Translations under genes and position numbers: made by a program
Origin: Cetorhinus maximus
Taxonomy: Eukaryota
Length of the DNA stretch: 44,677 bases
Direction of reading: 5' to 3'
NCBI RefSeq assembly: GCF_964194155.1
Contig: NC_135908.1
Coordinates: forward strand, 15,891,324-15,936,000
Notes under the pieces: generated by a model
Databases searched by the model: none
The model's input: the letters and a program-made list of their open reading frames with translations, nothing else
Told to the model about the DNA's origin: nothing
Shown here: piece by piece, positions 1 to 10,345 of the stretch
Layout: the number at the start of each line of letters is the position of its first letter
Position numbering within the stretch: position 1 is the stretch's first letter

Positions 1-4
1 TGGT

Positions 5-581
5 NNNNNNNNNNNNNNNNNNNNNNNNNNNNNNNNNNNNNNNNNNNNNNNNNNNNNNNNNNNNNNNNNNNNNNNNNNNNNNNNNNNNNNNNNNNNNNNN
101 NNNNNNNNNNNNNNNNNNNNNNNNNNNNNNNNNNNNNNNNNNNNNNNNNNNNNNNNNNNNNNNNNNNNNNNNNNNNNNNNNNNNNNNNNNNNNNNNNNNN
201 NNNNNNNNNNNNNNNNNNNNNNNNNNNNNNNNNNNNNNNNNNNNNNNNNNNNNNNNNNNNNNNNNNNNNNNNNNNNNNNNNNNNNNNNNNNNNNNNNNNN
301 NNNNNNNNNNNNNNNNNNNNNNNNNNNNNNNNNNNNNNNNNNNNNNNNNNNNNNNNNNNNNNNNNNNNNNNNNNNNNNNNNNNNNNNNNNNNNNNNNNNN
401 NNNNNNNNNNNNNNNNNNNNNNNNNNNNNNNNNNNNNNNNNNNNNNNNNNNNNNNNNNNNNNNNNNNNNNNNNNNNNNNNNNNNNNNNNNNNNNNNNNNN
501 NNNNNNNNNNNNNNNNNNNNNNNNNNNNNNNNNNNNNNNNNNNNNNNNNNNNNNNNNNNNNNNNNNNNNNNNNNNNNNNNN
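5..581. other. Assembly gap (N run)
   Basis: Continuous N bases. Confidence 0.99.
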
Positions 582-678
582 GTGTGTGCAGTGTGTGTGG
601 TGTGGTGTGTGTAGTGTGTAATGTGTGCAGTGTGTGCAGTGTGTGTGTGTGGTGTGTGTGGTGTGTGTGTACACGTGT
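582..678. repeat. Imperfect (GT)n microsatellite abutting the gap
   Basis: GTGTGT runs interrupted by CA/G; probably continues into the gap. Confidence 0.95.
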
Positions 679-819
679 AGTTCTGTGTCAAGAGCCAGGC
701 AGTCTGTCCAAGGCAGCAGAATTTGCGAATCACTTCCAGCTGGGTGTTATTTAGTGTGATCAAGGACAGGGTTGTAACATTCCAAACAAACAAATTGGAC
801 CAGCTAATTAATACATAAA

Positions 820-1205
820 GGACTTGCATTTATATAGAACCTTTCACAACTTCAAGATGCCCCAAAGTGTTCGACAGCCACTGAAGTACTTTTCAAAGAA
901 TATCCAATGCTATAATGCTGAAAACGTGCCATCCGGTATACTAACAGCAAGGTCCCACTCAGAAATGAGGTAACAGCCAGGCCATTTGTTTTTAGTGATG
1001 TTAGCTGAGGGTTAAACATTGGCCAGGACACTGGGGAGAGCTCCCCTGCTCTCCTTCAGTATACTGCATTCACCTGAAAGGACAATGGGACCTCAGTTTA
1101 ACACCTCACCCGAAAAGACAGCATTTCTAACAGTGCAGCCTCCCTCAATCTTCTGCCTCAGAGGTGAGACTGCAACAATGGAGCCATGGGCCATTGCACA
1201 TTGAA
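820..1205 (-). mobile_element. Deu-domain SINE (SacSINE1/AmnSINE-like), degraded
   Basis: Minus-strand tail TATATAAATGCAAGTC; core TGAGGGTTAAACATTGGCCAGGACACTGGGGAGA..CACCTGA..GTTTAACACCTCA; similar to copies at ~10.0, 14.0, 19.4 and 39.1 kb. Confidence 0.7.
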
Positions 1206-1269
1206 CCAGGGCTGATGCCTAACACAGAGATTTAGATCTTTCTCATGCGATCTCGATTACCCTTTTGAG

Positions 1270-1490
1270 TTCTCTGGATATGGGTGACACTGGGCAAGGT
1301 TGGGTTTTCTGACCAAGATGGGGATGACCACACAGTTTTGAAAGGGAGAGGGCACGTGTGAGGAGACAGACCATTTATAACGTCAGCTATCATGAGGCCG
1401 GCAAAGGAAAGTTGAGTGGTCAACAATTTAATAGGGATTGGGTCAACACAGCAGGAGGTGGATCCCGTGGAGGGAGGGTATCAGGGAGGC
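1270..1490 (-). mobile_element. L2-clade LINE ORF2 fragment (pre-RT region)
   Basis: Minus translation TSCCVDPIPIKLLTTQLSF..MIADVING..PLPFK resembles the L2 motif TSCxLDPIPTxLL...IVNxSL...FK. Confidence 0.7.
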
Positions 1491-1878
1491 AGCAGGTTGC
1501 CATGGCAGGTAAGTGAGGAAGAGGGTGCCCCAAGATGGCAGCGTCCTCCTTCCAACTTTGTTAAATTTAAAATAAAAACAAATCAAGCAACCAGACCACC
1601 ATCATGGAAAAACCAAGTTGGGCTTCCAACACTTGGCCCTAAGTGGTCAATGACAGTGAGTTGGCCACCAGCCGCTGGCAGGTGGGTAACCCTGCCACTG
1701 CCCCTACCACACCCCCTCCCCCCATCCTATCCCATGCCATCCCATCCCGCCTCCAGGAAAATGACCCGGGGTGGGGGGGTGGGGTGGAACGGAGCCAGGG
1801 GAACCAGCACGCCGACTGGTTTATTAGGAATTTCTGCCTCCATACCCATCCTCAGCAAGGGCCTAAAAACTCAGCCCC
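1490..1878. mobile_element. Probable non-autonomous PIF/Harbinger-type DNA element, partial
   Basis: GC-rich block ending AAAACTCAGCCC, matching the GGGC(T/A)GAATTTT-type termini seen on other elements in this window. Confidence 0.35.
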
Positions 1879-2328
1879 ATATGTGAAATAAACATATCAA
1901 CGAGTTAGTGACTTTGTTTTATTCGGCTTAGTAAGCTTTATGGACTTTCTTGAGCCATGGCGCGTCACAGGCGACAATACTTAGCGCAGTTACTTATAAC
2001 ACAATCGCCACTTTTCCAGAAGTAGGACTGGGCGGAGAACACTGCCAAACAGCGGGGTTCTACAACAGTGAACATGATTAAAGATGGCACCCGGTTCCTG
2101 CTCCTCTGCTGTCCTCCTATTAACCTGGGAATTCTCTCTGCCAGCGCCTCTCAGTAACTGCATCTCCCAGGATAGCTGAACCTGCCTTGATGCTTTCCAA
2201 TTTCAGAAAGACAGACACCAGGATGTTTATTGCGTATTAATGAGTGTTCAATTGTGGTTGAGCTTGGTGGCCACTAACTGGGGGGTTCACTTATGCCCCA
2301 ATTTATAGGAGCAGCTTAGCCAGAAGAG

Positions 2329-2468
2329 CTTCATCAGCATCCAAACCCGACATTTTAATTTAGTTACTTGAGGCTCCTTTAAATTTTTGTCTTTTTGTCA
2401 CAGTGTCCCTTTAAGGGGGCTGTCACTTTAATTAGCTTATCTTTTGCTTGATTGGTTTCCCAAAGAGA
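2329..2468 (+). mobile_element. Tx1-clade LINE 3' tail, copy A (very short)
   Basis: GACATTTTAATTTAG ORF-end motif shared with copies B and C, T-rich 3'UTR ending CCCAAAGAG; flanked by identical TATAGGAGCAGCTTA at 2304 and 2472. Confidence 0.6.
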
Positions 2469-2489
2469 TTGTATAGGAGCAGCTTAACC

Positions 2490-2789
2490 TGCGCCTGTGC
2501 CTGGCTAAAGTGGCCATTAGCAGGAGCAGTTGAGGGGGGTCATTAGACCCGACTGTCTGCCTCTCTCTTCCGTGGTTACATCCACGCCCGGGTATCCCTG
2601 GAGAGGGGGCATGCGGTGTCCACCGGTACACTTAAAGCCTTCCGCGACTGGTGGACACTACAGGGCCTCGAGTGCATCATCTTCACCCATAATGACATTT
2701 TATTAAGTTACCATTGAAGTTTATTTTTACAGCACCCCTTTCTGGGATGGTCCTTTACTTAACTTTTTTGTTCATTTGGTACTCAAAGG
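2490..2789 (+). mobile_element. Tx1-clade LINE 3' end (ORF2 C-terminus plus 3'UTR), copy B
   Basis: Frameshifted translation LAKVAISR..VIRPDCLP/LFRGYIHARVSLERGHAVSTGTLKAFRDWWTLQGLECII resembles the Tx1 ORF2 C-terminus; T-rich UTR follows. Confidence 0.75.
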
Positions 2790-2845
2790 TGTAAATAGGA
2801 ACAGCTGACTGACTGACTCACTCAGTTACATCTGGACCCAGTGGT

Positions 2846-2921
2846 GAGAAAGTATGTGGTATCCATTAATACATTTGAGGCCTTCTGTGACTGCTGAGCA
2901 CCAGGAGGACTGCGGTGTCAT
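2846..2921 (+). mobile_element. Tx1-clade LINE 3' end, copy C, left part (split by Gypsy)
   Basis: GTATGTGGTATCCATTAATACATTTGAGGCCTTCTGTGAC..GCACCAGGAGGACTG aligns with copy B GCATGCGGTGTCCACCGGTACACTTAAAGCCTTCCGCGAC..CAGGGCCTC. Confidence 0.65.
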
Positions 2922-3149
2922 TGTTATAGAGTTGATCTTCTAGACTTTTCTTAGTGGACACATTTAACTTTACTTACAAGGCAGCAGCAGCAACAACACG
3001 TGTGCATCAAACTCTATAACTAAAGATGAACTCTCTACTAGAGTTTCCCGCGCTTCTAACCCATTGGTTTACACAGATCACGTGATCTTACAACACAGGA
3101 TTATCCTTAAAGTTACAGTCTTACGTTTATCAGAGCTATAATTACTACA
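2922..3149 (-). repeat. Gypsy 3' LTR
   Basis: TGTTATAGAG...ATTACTACA (plus strand); direct repeat of 7322-7553. Confidence 0.95.
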
Positions 3150-3160
3150 TTCCTCCCCCT
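3150..3160 (-). promoter_or_regulatory. Polypurine tract (PPT)
   Basis: Minus strand AGGGGGAGGAA immediately before the 3' LTR TGTAG. Confidence 0.9.
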
Positions 3161-3235
3161 TTAACTTTTCTGTACAGTTTGTATTTACAAGGATATTTAT
3201 CTCATGACATTACAATATTTACACAGGTCACAAAA

Positions 3236-6200
3236 TTACAAGTTCAGTCTTTCAGGGGGTTTCCTGATCCGTGTGGAATGTCGCAGCTCCATGACTTCCG
3301 ATTCTTTGGCAGGAACCATGTTCTCTGGAACCGCGTTAACATCAGATACATCATTAGGCACAGACAGTTCAGTGTCTTCCACTCCGACAGAGACATCGGG
3401 CATGTCTATCCTTGACTGAGCAACTTCAACAGGAATCACAGGTTCAGCAATGGTTACAGGTGGAACATCATTTTGTTGGGGTATCTCCCTTCTTCTTAAA
3501 CGATCCACATGCATATGGGTGATCCGGCCTTCCACTTCCACGTGATAGGACAATGGTCCGGTCACAGAGCTTACTTTACCAGGTAACCACTTCGTTCCTC
3601 CACCGGAATTCCTTACATATACTGCTTCTCCGACAGGAAATTGTCGCTCACAACTATACAAATCCTGAGTCGCTTTTTGGCTCCCTTGACTTTTCTCCAC
3701 CTTCCCCTCCAAATTGGGAAGTATCAGGCTTAGTCTTGTTCGAAGACAGTGCCTCATCATTAATTCTGCAGGTGTTGCGCCTGTCGTAGTGTGAGGGGAG
3801 ATGGGGGGGGGTGGTTGTTCTGTAGTGAAATAGGAAATGAGCAAGTTTAGTTTCCAACCATTCACCTGTTAACTTTTTCATTCCCGCCTTAAAAGTTTGT
3901 CCTGCTCTTTCCGCCAGTCCGTTAGATGGCGGATGGTACGGTCCAGTCTTCACATGGTTGGTACCAGTGATGCTGTCAAATCTTTGAAACTCAGCGCTAG
4001 TAAACGCAGTACCATTATCAGAGACGATTACCTCTGGCAATCCATAAGTGGCAAAGCTCTGGTGTAGTTTTTCTATAGTAGCGCCTGACATTGCCAACTT
4101 TACCTCATAAACATCTAACCACTTGGAATGAGCATCTATAATCAGTAGAAACATGGTTCCAAGGAAAGAGCCAACGTAATCTATGTGCCAATCTCACCCG
4201 GGGTCTACCAGGCCACTCCCATGGGTGTAATGGGGCTGCCACCGGCAACTTCTGTAGCTGTTGACATTGCACACAGTGTTTAACCACCTTCTCAATATCG
4301 CCATCCATTCCCGGCCACCAAATATAACTTCGCGCTATCGTCTTCATTCATGAGCTTCCCGGATGGGCACTGTGTAACTCTACTAAGAGTGGTTCCCTTC
4401 CTTGTGAAGGAACTACTACTCGTGCACCCCATAATAGAATACCATCTTGACTGCTCATTTCGTGTCTTCAGTTGAAAAATGGCTTCAATTCATCAGAGAC
4501 TGGTTCCTGGGACCATCCATTAACACTTGGTCTCTCACTCGAGACAGGACTGGATCATGATTCGTCCGGTTTCTTATCTGCCTGGCACAGACTGGTGAAG
4601 AATCCAGGAAATTCATCACTAACATGAGCTCTTGGGACATGGTCATTGTTCTCTTGAAAAGGAAGGTGACTTAGGGCATTGGCATTGGCTATATGAATCC
4701 CTGGTCTATGAACAAAGGTGTATTCATGTGCTACCAAAATTAGGGCCCATCTTTGAATTCGTGCAGAAGCTATGGGTTATGTATGTGTGTATTGCCTTTT
4801 CCTCGTTAAACAGACCCAAAAGTGGTTTGTGGTCTGATGCTATTGTGAAGTGTTGCCCTTGCGCGTATTGGTGGAAATTTTTTTACACCAAAAGTAATCG
4901 ACAGACCTTCCTTTTCGATCTGAGAATATCCTTTATCGGTAAATATCCTGGATACATATCCTGTCGGCCTCTCTGTACCATCGTCCATTTTGTGAGATAG
5001 TACCGCTCCCATTCCATAGCGGGACGCATCGCAGATTAGCACCAATTCCTTCATCTGGTCATAATGCACTAACAAATTTGAAGAGTGTAAGAGCTTTTTG
5101 ACTTTCATGGGGTGACTTTCAAACCCAGCGCTGGTTTTTCTTTAGCAGTGAGTGTAGAGGGGCTAGAACTGTTGGTAAATTTGGTAGAAATCGGCCATAA
5201 TAATTTACCAAACCTAAAAATGATTTAAGTTCAGAGGCGTCCTTAGGTGCAGGTGCCTCTCTGATTGCTTTAACCTTCTCGTCAACCGGGTGTAACCCTT
5301 GGGCACATACCCAGTGGCCCAAATAAATAACTTCATTTGCCTGAAAAGTGTATTTTTCCTTCTTTAGGCGCACTCCTGCTTCTAAAAATCGTTTCAGGAC
5401 TTCCTCTAGATTAGCCAAGTGTTTCTTTTCTGTCAATCCAGTTATTAGTACATCGTCCAGGTAGACCATAACTTGAGGTCCCTGTAACAAGCTCTCCATC
5501 ATCCTCTGGAAACTGGTACAGGCCAAGGAAACACCGAGGGCAGGCGTGTGTATTGATATAATCCTTTGTAGGTGTTTATGATCACAAGTTGCTGATATGC
5601 GTGACTCACGTCAAGCTTTGTATACGTTGTCCCTCCTGCTAGTTTGGCATGGAGGTCTTCAGTCTTGGGAATAGGGTACCTGTCCAGTTTGGTTGCTTTG
5701 TTGACCGTTAGTTTATAGTCCCCACAGATCCGGATGGTCTGGTCTGTTTTAGGACTGGGGCTATGGGTGCTGCCCACTCTGAGAACTGAACCGCTTTTAT
5801 GACCCCCAGCCTCTCTAGCTGGTTCAACTCAGCGTCAACCTTCTCTCCCAGGGCGTATGGTGCCCATCTTGCTTTCAAGGAGTGAGGAGTTGCTTCTGGG
5901 TCCAGGTAAATCTTGCCCTGTAGGCCTTGGATTTTCCCAGTTCATCCTTGAAGAGGGTGTCGTATTTTTTCAGCAGCTCTGGCAGTCCCCCTGCTCGCAA
6001 CTGGGAGATTTCGGACCAGCTTAATTTAATCTCTTTCAACCTAGAAGGCTTGGCCCTTCACCTTCTACCACCATCACTGGGAGCTGTGCCGATTGGTGTC
6101 TATAATGAACAGTTACTCTGGTGATACCTTTTACCTGGATTTCTCCACCTGTGTACGTTTTCAACTTGGCAGATGATTGTTCCAAATTTAATTGATGATC

Positions 6201-7222
6201 ACCTTTATTTAAATATCTGAAAGTGTGTTCTCCTACTACAGTGGTAGAAGCACCCATGTCTATTTCCATTTTTAAGGGTTTACCATTCACATGCACTGTG
6301 ACAACTATTGCCTCTGTCTTCCCAGCTTTCTTGTTGAATAATGAATAAATGTCAGAATTGGTTGCTTCTGGCTCTTCCACACTATAGACTTCATTGGACT
6401 TCGATTATTGTTTGGAAGCCTGTTGAAATCTCGCTTTGCGCCATCTCATTATGTGCCCATTTCCGTGACAAAAATAACATTCTACTTTTTAAAATTGCCA
6501 ATCGTTAGGAGCATGACTGTTTCCGAGTTGATAAAAATTAGTTTTCAAATTCGCTGCTAAGCTGTTTCCTCTCAATTTTGGGATGTTTCCCGCTTCGTGG
6601 CGGCCTCCCAGCTTTTCACGCCGCTTTCAGCTGACTGTTCCCACCCAACTAGGAGAATGACGCCATTTCGCGCACCTTGAAGCACTTTTGAATCCCTTAC
6701 AGCACTTTCCATCGCAAGCGCTATTTCTAAATAACTTTCTTAAAACCAAGATCCACTTCAGCCAGCAATCTTCGCTGAACAGCAACCTCCCGCACGCCAC
6801 AGGCCAAACGATCCCCGATCAAGTCATTCAGGATTTCACCGAAATCACAATATTCTGCTGGTTGTTTTAATTTCACCACATAGGTAGCAAGGGTCTCCCC
6901 TGGGGCTCTATTCCATGAATTGAACCTGAACCTCTGCATTGTGACTGAGGGCTTGAGTTGAAAATGCCCCTTAACGAGGTCCACTAATTGACTGAAGGTC
7001 TTCGAATCTAGGGCACTGGGGGGCTGTCAAGCTTTGAATTAGACTGTAGGTCTTGCTCCCATAAATACACAGGAGAATCGTTCTCCTTTACCCACACCCC
7101 CCACCCCCCCCCCCAACCCCCCATATTTCATTTGCTTGAAAGTAGAATGTAAAACGTTCTATATATTGAGACCAGTCACTTGTGGCTGGCTCAAAGGGAT
7201 CGATTCTGCCAAACTTTGGCAT
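3236..7222 (-). pseudogene. Gypsy gag-pol polyprotein, multiply frameshifted
   Basis: ATG at 7222 (MPKFGRIDPFEPATSDWSQYIERF); CCHC-type knuckle ECYFCHGNGH (~6450-6490) plus a decayed first knuckle; protease EIDMGAS; RT YLDD; RNase H CDAS..YSQIEKE; integrase HSAHPG..CVQC, IDAHSKW, VSDNG, SNGLAER; C-terminus LRHSTRIRKPPERLNL. Confidence 0.93.
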
Positions 7223-7305
7223 TTTGGATGAGTATATCTTCTTTTCTTTTTAATGAACTTAGATACTTACAATCACTGGGTGAGGTACAGCACCGAATCT
7301 GATTT

Positions 7306-7318
7306 ATCCTCGTCGCCA
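7306..7318 (-). promoter_or_regulatory. Primer-binding site complementary to tRNA-Ser(GCT) 3' end
   Basis: Minus TGGCGACGAGGAT, 3 nt from the 5' LTR; vertebrate tRNA-Ser(GCT) ends ...ATCCTCGTCGCCA. Confidence 0.85.
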
Positions 7319-7321
7319 GTT

Positions 7322-7553
7322 TGTTACAGAGTTGATCTTCCAGACAACTTTTCTTAGTGGACACACTTAACTTTATTTACAAGAAAGCAGCAGCAACTAC
7401 ACACGTGCATCAAGCTCTATAACTAAAGATGAACTCTCTAGTCGAGGTTCCCTGTACTGCTAACTCATTGGTTTACACAGATCATGTGATCTTACAACAC
7501 AGGATTATTCTTAAAGCTACAGTCTTATGTCTATTAGGACTATAATTACTACA
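7322..7553 (-). repeat. Gypsy 5' LTR
   Basis: TGTTACAGAG...ATTACTACA; about 25 substitutions and 2 indels versus the 3' LTR by hand count. Confidence 0.95.
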
Positions 7554-7683
7554 GACACTGGGAATGACATTTTAATTCAAGTTATTACGTTTCCTTTAAA
7601 GTTTGCATCCATTCATTTCTTTTTGTTACAAGAGGACAGGCGCGTCTCTCTCAACTGAGGGACTAAATTGGTTTATAAAAGAG
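7554..7683 (+). mobile_element. Tx1-clade LINE 3' end, copy C, right part
   Basis: GACACTGGGAATGACATTTTAATT (DTGNDILI) continues the ORF end interrupted at 2921; UTR ends TTATAAAAGAG. Confidence 0.65.
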
Positions 7684-7879
7684 GTATCCTTGTGGAGCAG
7701 ACCTGAAACTGTAGTTGTTGGGTTTGGAGATACACGTTTTCAACAGCTCTGTAAGTAAGAGCTGATTGGTGTGTAAAAATTTGGCTCTACCTCCATCCTT
7801 CACTTCCCAGCCAACTTGGTAAAACGCAGGACAACCTGTGATGCTGCCTTGTTGGGTGATTGGCAACGCAATGGCCATC

Positions 7880-7962
7880 CCTTTAGAGAAAGCTTAAAAG
7901 AGCTGGCATGGGCACGATGGGCCAAATGGCCTCATTCTGCACTATTTGATTCCATGATTCTA
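7880..7962 (+). mobile_element. CR1/HER1 3' tail fragment
   Basis: GATGGGCCAAATGGCCTCATTCTGCACT..GATTCCATGATTCT CR1 3' motif. Confidence 0.7.
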
Positions 7963-8744
7963 AGTCTGTCTTTCTGTGTCCAGCTCTATTTTACACCTGC
8001 TCTAGAGAAAGACCTTGAAAATACGGTCCGCACCCAAAGGGAGGTTTCTGTCTTTGCTTCTGAACACTTGTTTCTGAATTTGCAGTGCGAGTTTGATGCA
8101 AAAAATAACCAGACACAAAAGAATTGACATTGCCAGGAAACAGATTGCATCAATAACATTTAAATAACATTTCACAGCAGGGTAGAGGAAGCCAGGACAA
8201 TCTGAAATGTGTCACAGCCAGTACACAACACTTGGATTTTCTTAAGGGTTCAACCACAAGTCCAAATGTATTGATGGTGCAACTTTGAAGCAATTAACTT
8301 TAAGCCGATCGAAATGTTTTATCTTTTTTTGAGACGCCCATGCTTTTATTTTCAATTTTAAAATACTTTTTTTTCTGCTCTGTGTCCCCAACTGCTGACA
8401 CAAATGCAAGTCTTTCTTTCTCCGGGGAATAAGGGAATCTTTACAGGTCCCAAAATTCCAGGTGACCAGAGAAGGCCAAGGGCAGCTGGATCGCTCAGCG
8501 GGAGACTGGAACGTGGGAACGACTCTTGTTGCACCCGCCAAGAAGCTCAGGGGTTGGAGTGGGGGAGGCGTGGGGTGAGCAAGGTAGGGTGTGAGTCTTC
8601 AATCCACCCTCCCCACCATGTCAAGAAGGCTTGTTGGGGATTCCTCCACATTGGGCCCAATGCTCCTCGGAGGCTAGGCTTTTGCTCCTTTCGATGCTGA
8701 AGACCTTTTGTCAGCTGCAGTTTCAAGCCCTTAAATTTTCACAG

Positions 8745-9020
8745 TGCCCTTCAGCCCATCAAGTCTCTGCTAGCTCTAAGCCCCATTCTCCTTTCCTTTC
8801 TCTGTAGTGTTTGAAAATTTCTAGTTCAAATATTTATCCGCCTCTTTTTTCAAAGTTGTTATAGATTCCACATCAACCATTGTTCCTGATCGGGCATTCC
8901 ATGTCCTAACCATTCCTAACAGCCTCTTCACTGTTCTTTTGGTGGTGATCTTGGATTGATGCCCTCTGATGTCCAACCCATTGACTAGTGGACGTAGTCC
9001 TTCCTGATTCACCTTATCAA
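8745..9020 (-). mobile_element. CR1 LINE 3' fragment
   Basis: Minus translation ..RGHQSKI..MVRTWNARSGTMVDVESITTLKKEADKYL is a CR1 ORF2 C-terminus. Confidence 0.7.
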
Positions 9021-9108
9021 GTCTTACAAAAACAGCATCAAGTTAAAATATGATTGCCCCACATTCATTTTTGAACAGGTGTGTTTTTTAAAACTGTTTT
9101 TGGCGCTT

Positions 9109-9631
9109 TGAACTTTGAACCATTGTCAATGTTACATTGACCTTTGAACCATTGTCTATGGTGTGTTGAACTTTGAACCACTGTCAGTGGTGCATTGACC
9201 TTTGAACCACTGTCTGGCATATTGAACTTTGAACCATTGTCAATGGTGCAGACCTTTGAACCACTGTCTATGACATGTTGAACTTTGAACCATTGTCAAT
9301 GGTTTTTTTCTATTATTCGTTCATGGGATGTGAGCTCCACTGGCTAGGCCAGCATTTATTGCCCATCCCTAATTGCCCTTGAGAAGGTGGTGGTGAGCTG
9401 CCTTCTTGAACCGCTGCAGTCCATGTGGTGTAGGTACACCCACAGTGCTGTTAGGGAGGGAGTTCCAGGATTTTGCCCCAATGGCAGTGAAGGAATGGCA
9501 ATATATTTCCAAGTCAGGATGGTGAGTGACTTGGAGGGGGACTTCCAGATGGTGGCATTCCCATCTGTCTGCTGCCCTCTGATGCATTGACCTTTGAACC
9601 ACTGTCTATGGCATGTTGAACTTTGAACCAC
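9109..9631. repeat. 29-bp minisatellite, 9 units with strict A/B alternation, interrupted by a LINE tail
   Basis: Cores TGA(A/C)CTTTGAACC at 9109, 9138, 9167, 9196, 9223, 9250 (AGACC variant), 9279, 9588 and 9617. Confidence 0.9.
9304..9580 (-). mobile_element. CR1-group LINE (partner of the tRNA-headed SINE), 3' end
   Basis: ORF end SWNSLPNSTVGVPTPHGLQRFKKAAHHHLLKGN* then GGGATGGGCAATAAATGCTGG..CACATCCCATGAACGAAT and an A-rich tail. Confidence 0.85.
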
Positions 9632-9974
9632 TACCTGAACAATGAGGCAGTTTGCGAAAGAAGCATTTCCAATTTACATGGACATGAACTTAATCTGTGC
9701 CTCTCATGATGACCAAGTGATGCAAATCAATAAGGCTAGAGGCTCGATACCTGGGCTGTGGGAAGTTGATGAATCCCAGTTGGGAGGTGGGGAAGTTCAA
9801 GGTTCACTACAACTGGTCTGAAAGGCTACACTTCCAATGCTATTAAATCCTGCCTCGGAGCTTAACAGTTAAGAAGGAAGCAGCATCCCCTGAAGTTCCC
9901 CACAACACTTAGTGTTGTTATAGATAGAGGTGCTTGTTTGGCCTTGTCAGTGAAAGAACTGTTGGAAAGGATAT

Positions 9975-10345
9975 GGGTTCATATCCCACTCCGGAGACCT
10001 GAGCACATAATTTAGGCCAGTGATTCTCATCTTACTTTGGTTAAAGGACCTCTCTTCAAATGGGTTAGTAATCACAGGCATTCAACACCACCCCACCAAC
10101 CCTCCCTCAACACCCCCGTCAAGATGATAACTGTATATAAACTGCTTCCGCACATTTACATTTCTGAATGTAAAGTTCTACCAACCTCACCAGGTTATCT
10201 GGTCATGATGACATTGAGTTTGTGCACAAGTTGGCTGCCAAGTTTCCTATGTTACAATAATATTTGCACCTCAAAAATATTTAAAATGCTTTAGGACTGC
10301 CTGAAGTTGTGAGAAGTTTTGTATAAATATAAATCTTCCCTTTTG
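9975..10345 (+). mobile_element. Deu-domain SINE, degraded
   Basis: B-box-like GGTTCATATCCC; core TATCTGGTCAT..GCACAAGTTGGCTGCC..TTTCCTATGTTACAA; tail TATAAATATAAATCTT. Confidence 0.6.

Larger units (their letters stand above)
2922..7553 (-). mobile_element. Full-length degenerate Ty3/Gypsy LTR retrotransposon (Mag-like clade)
   Basis: Two ~230-bp direct repeats with TG..CA ends, PBS, PPT, and domain order gag-PR-RT-RNaseH-INT. Confidence 0.96.

Noticed and set aside
2304-2486. U2 snRNA (Keno-type) target
   Set aside because: Only ATAGGAGC resembles U2; the rest of the U2 sequence is absent.
3150-3865. env gene or chromodomain downstream of integrase
   Set aside because: The integrase tail runs to its stop at 3236, only ~75 bp before the PPT, leaving no room; no chromodomain motif is evident.
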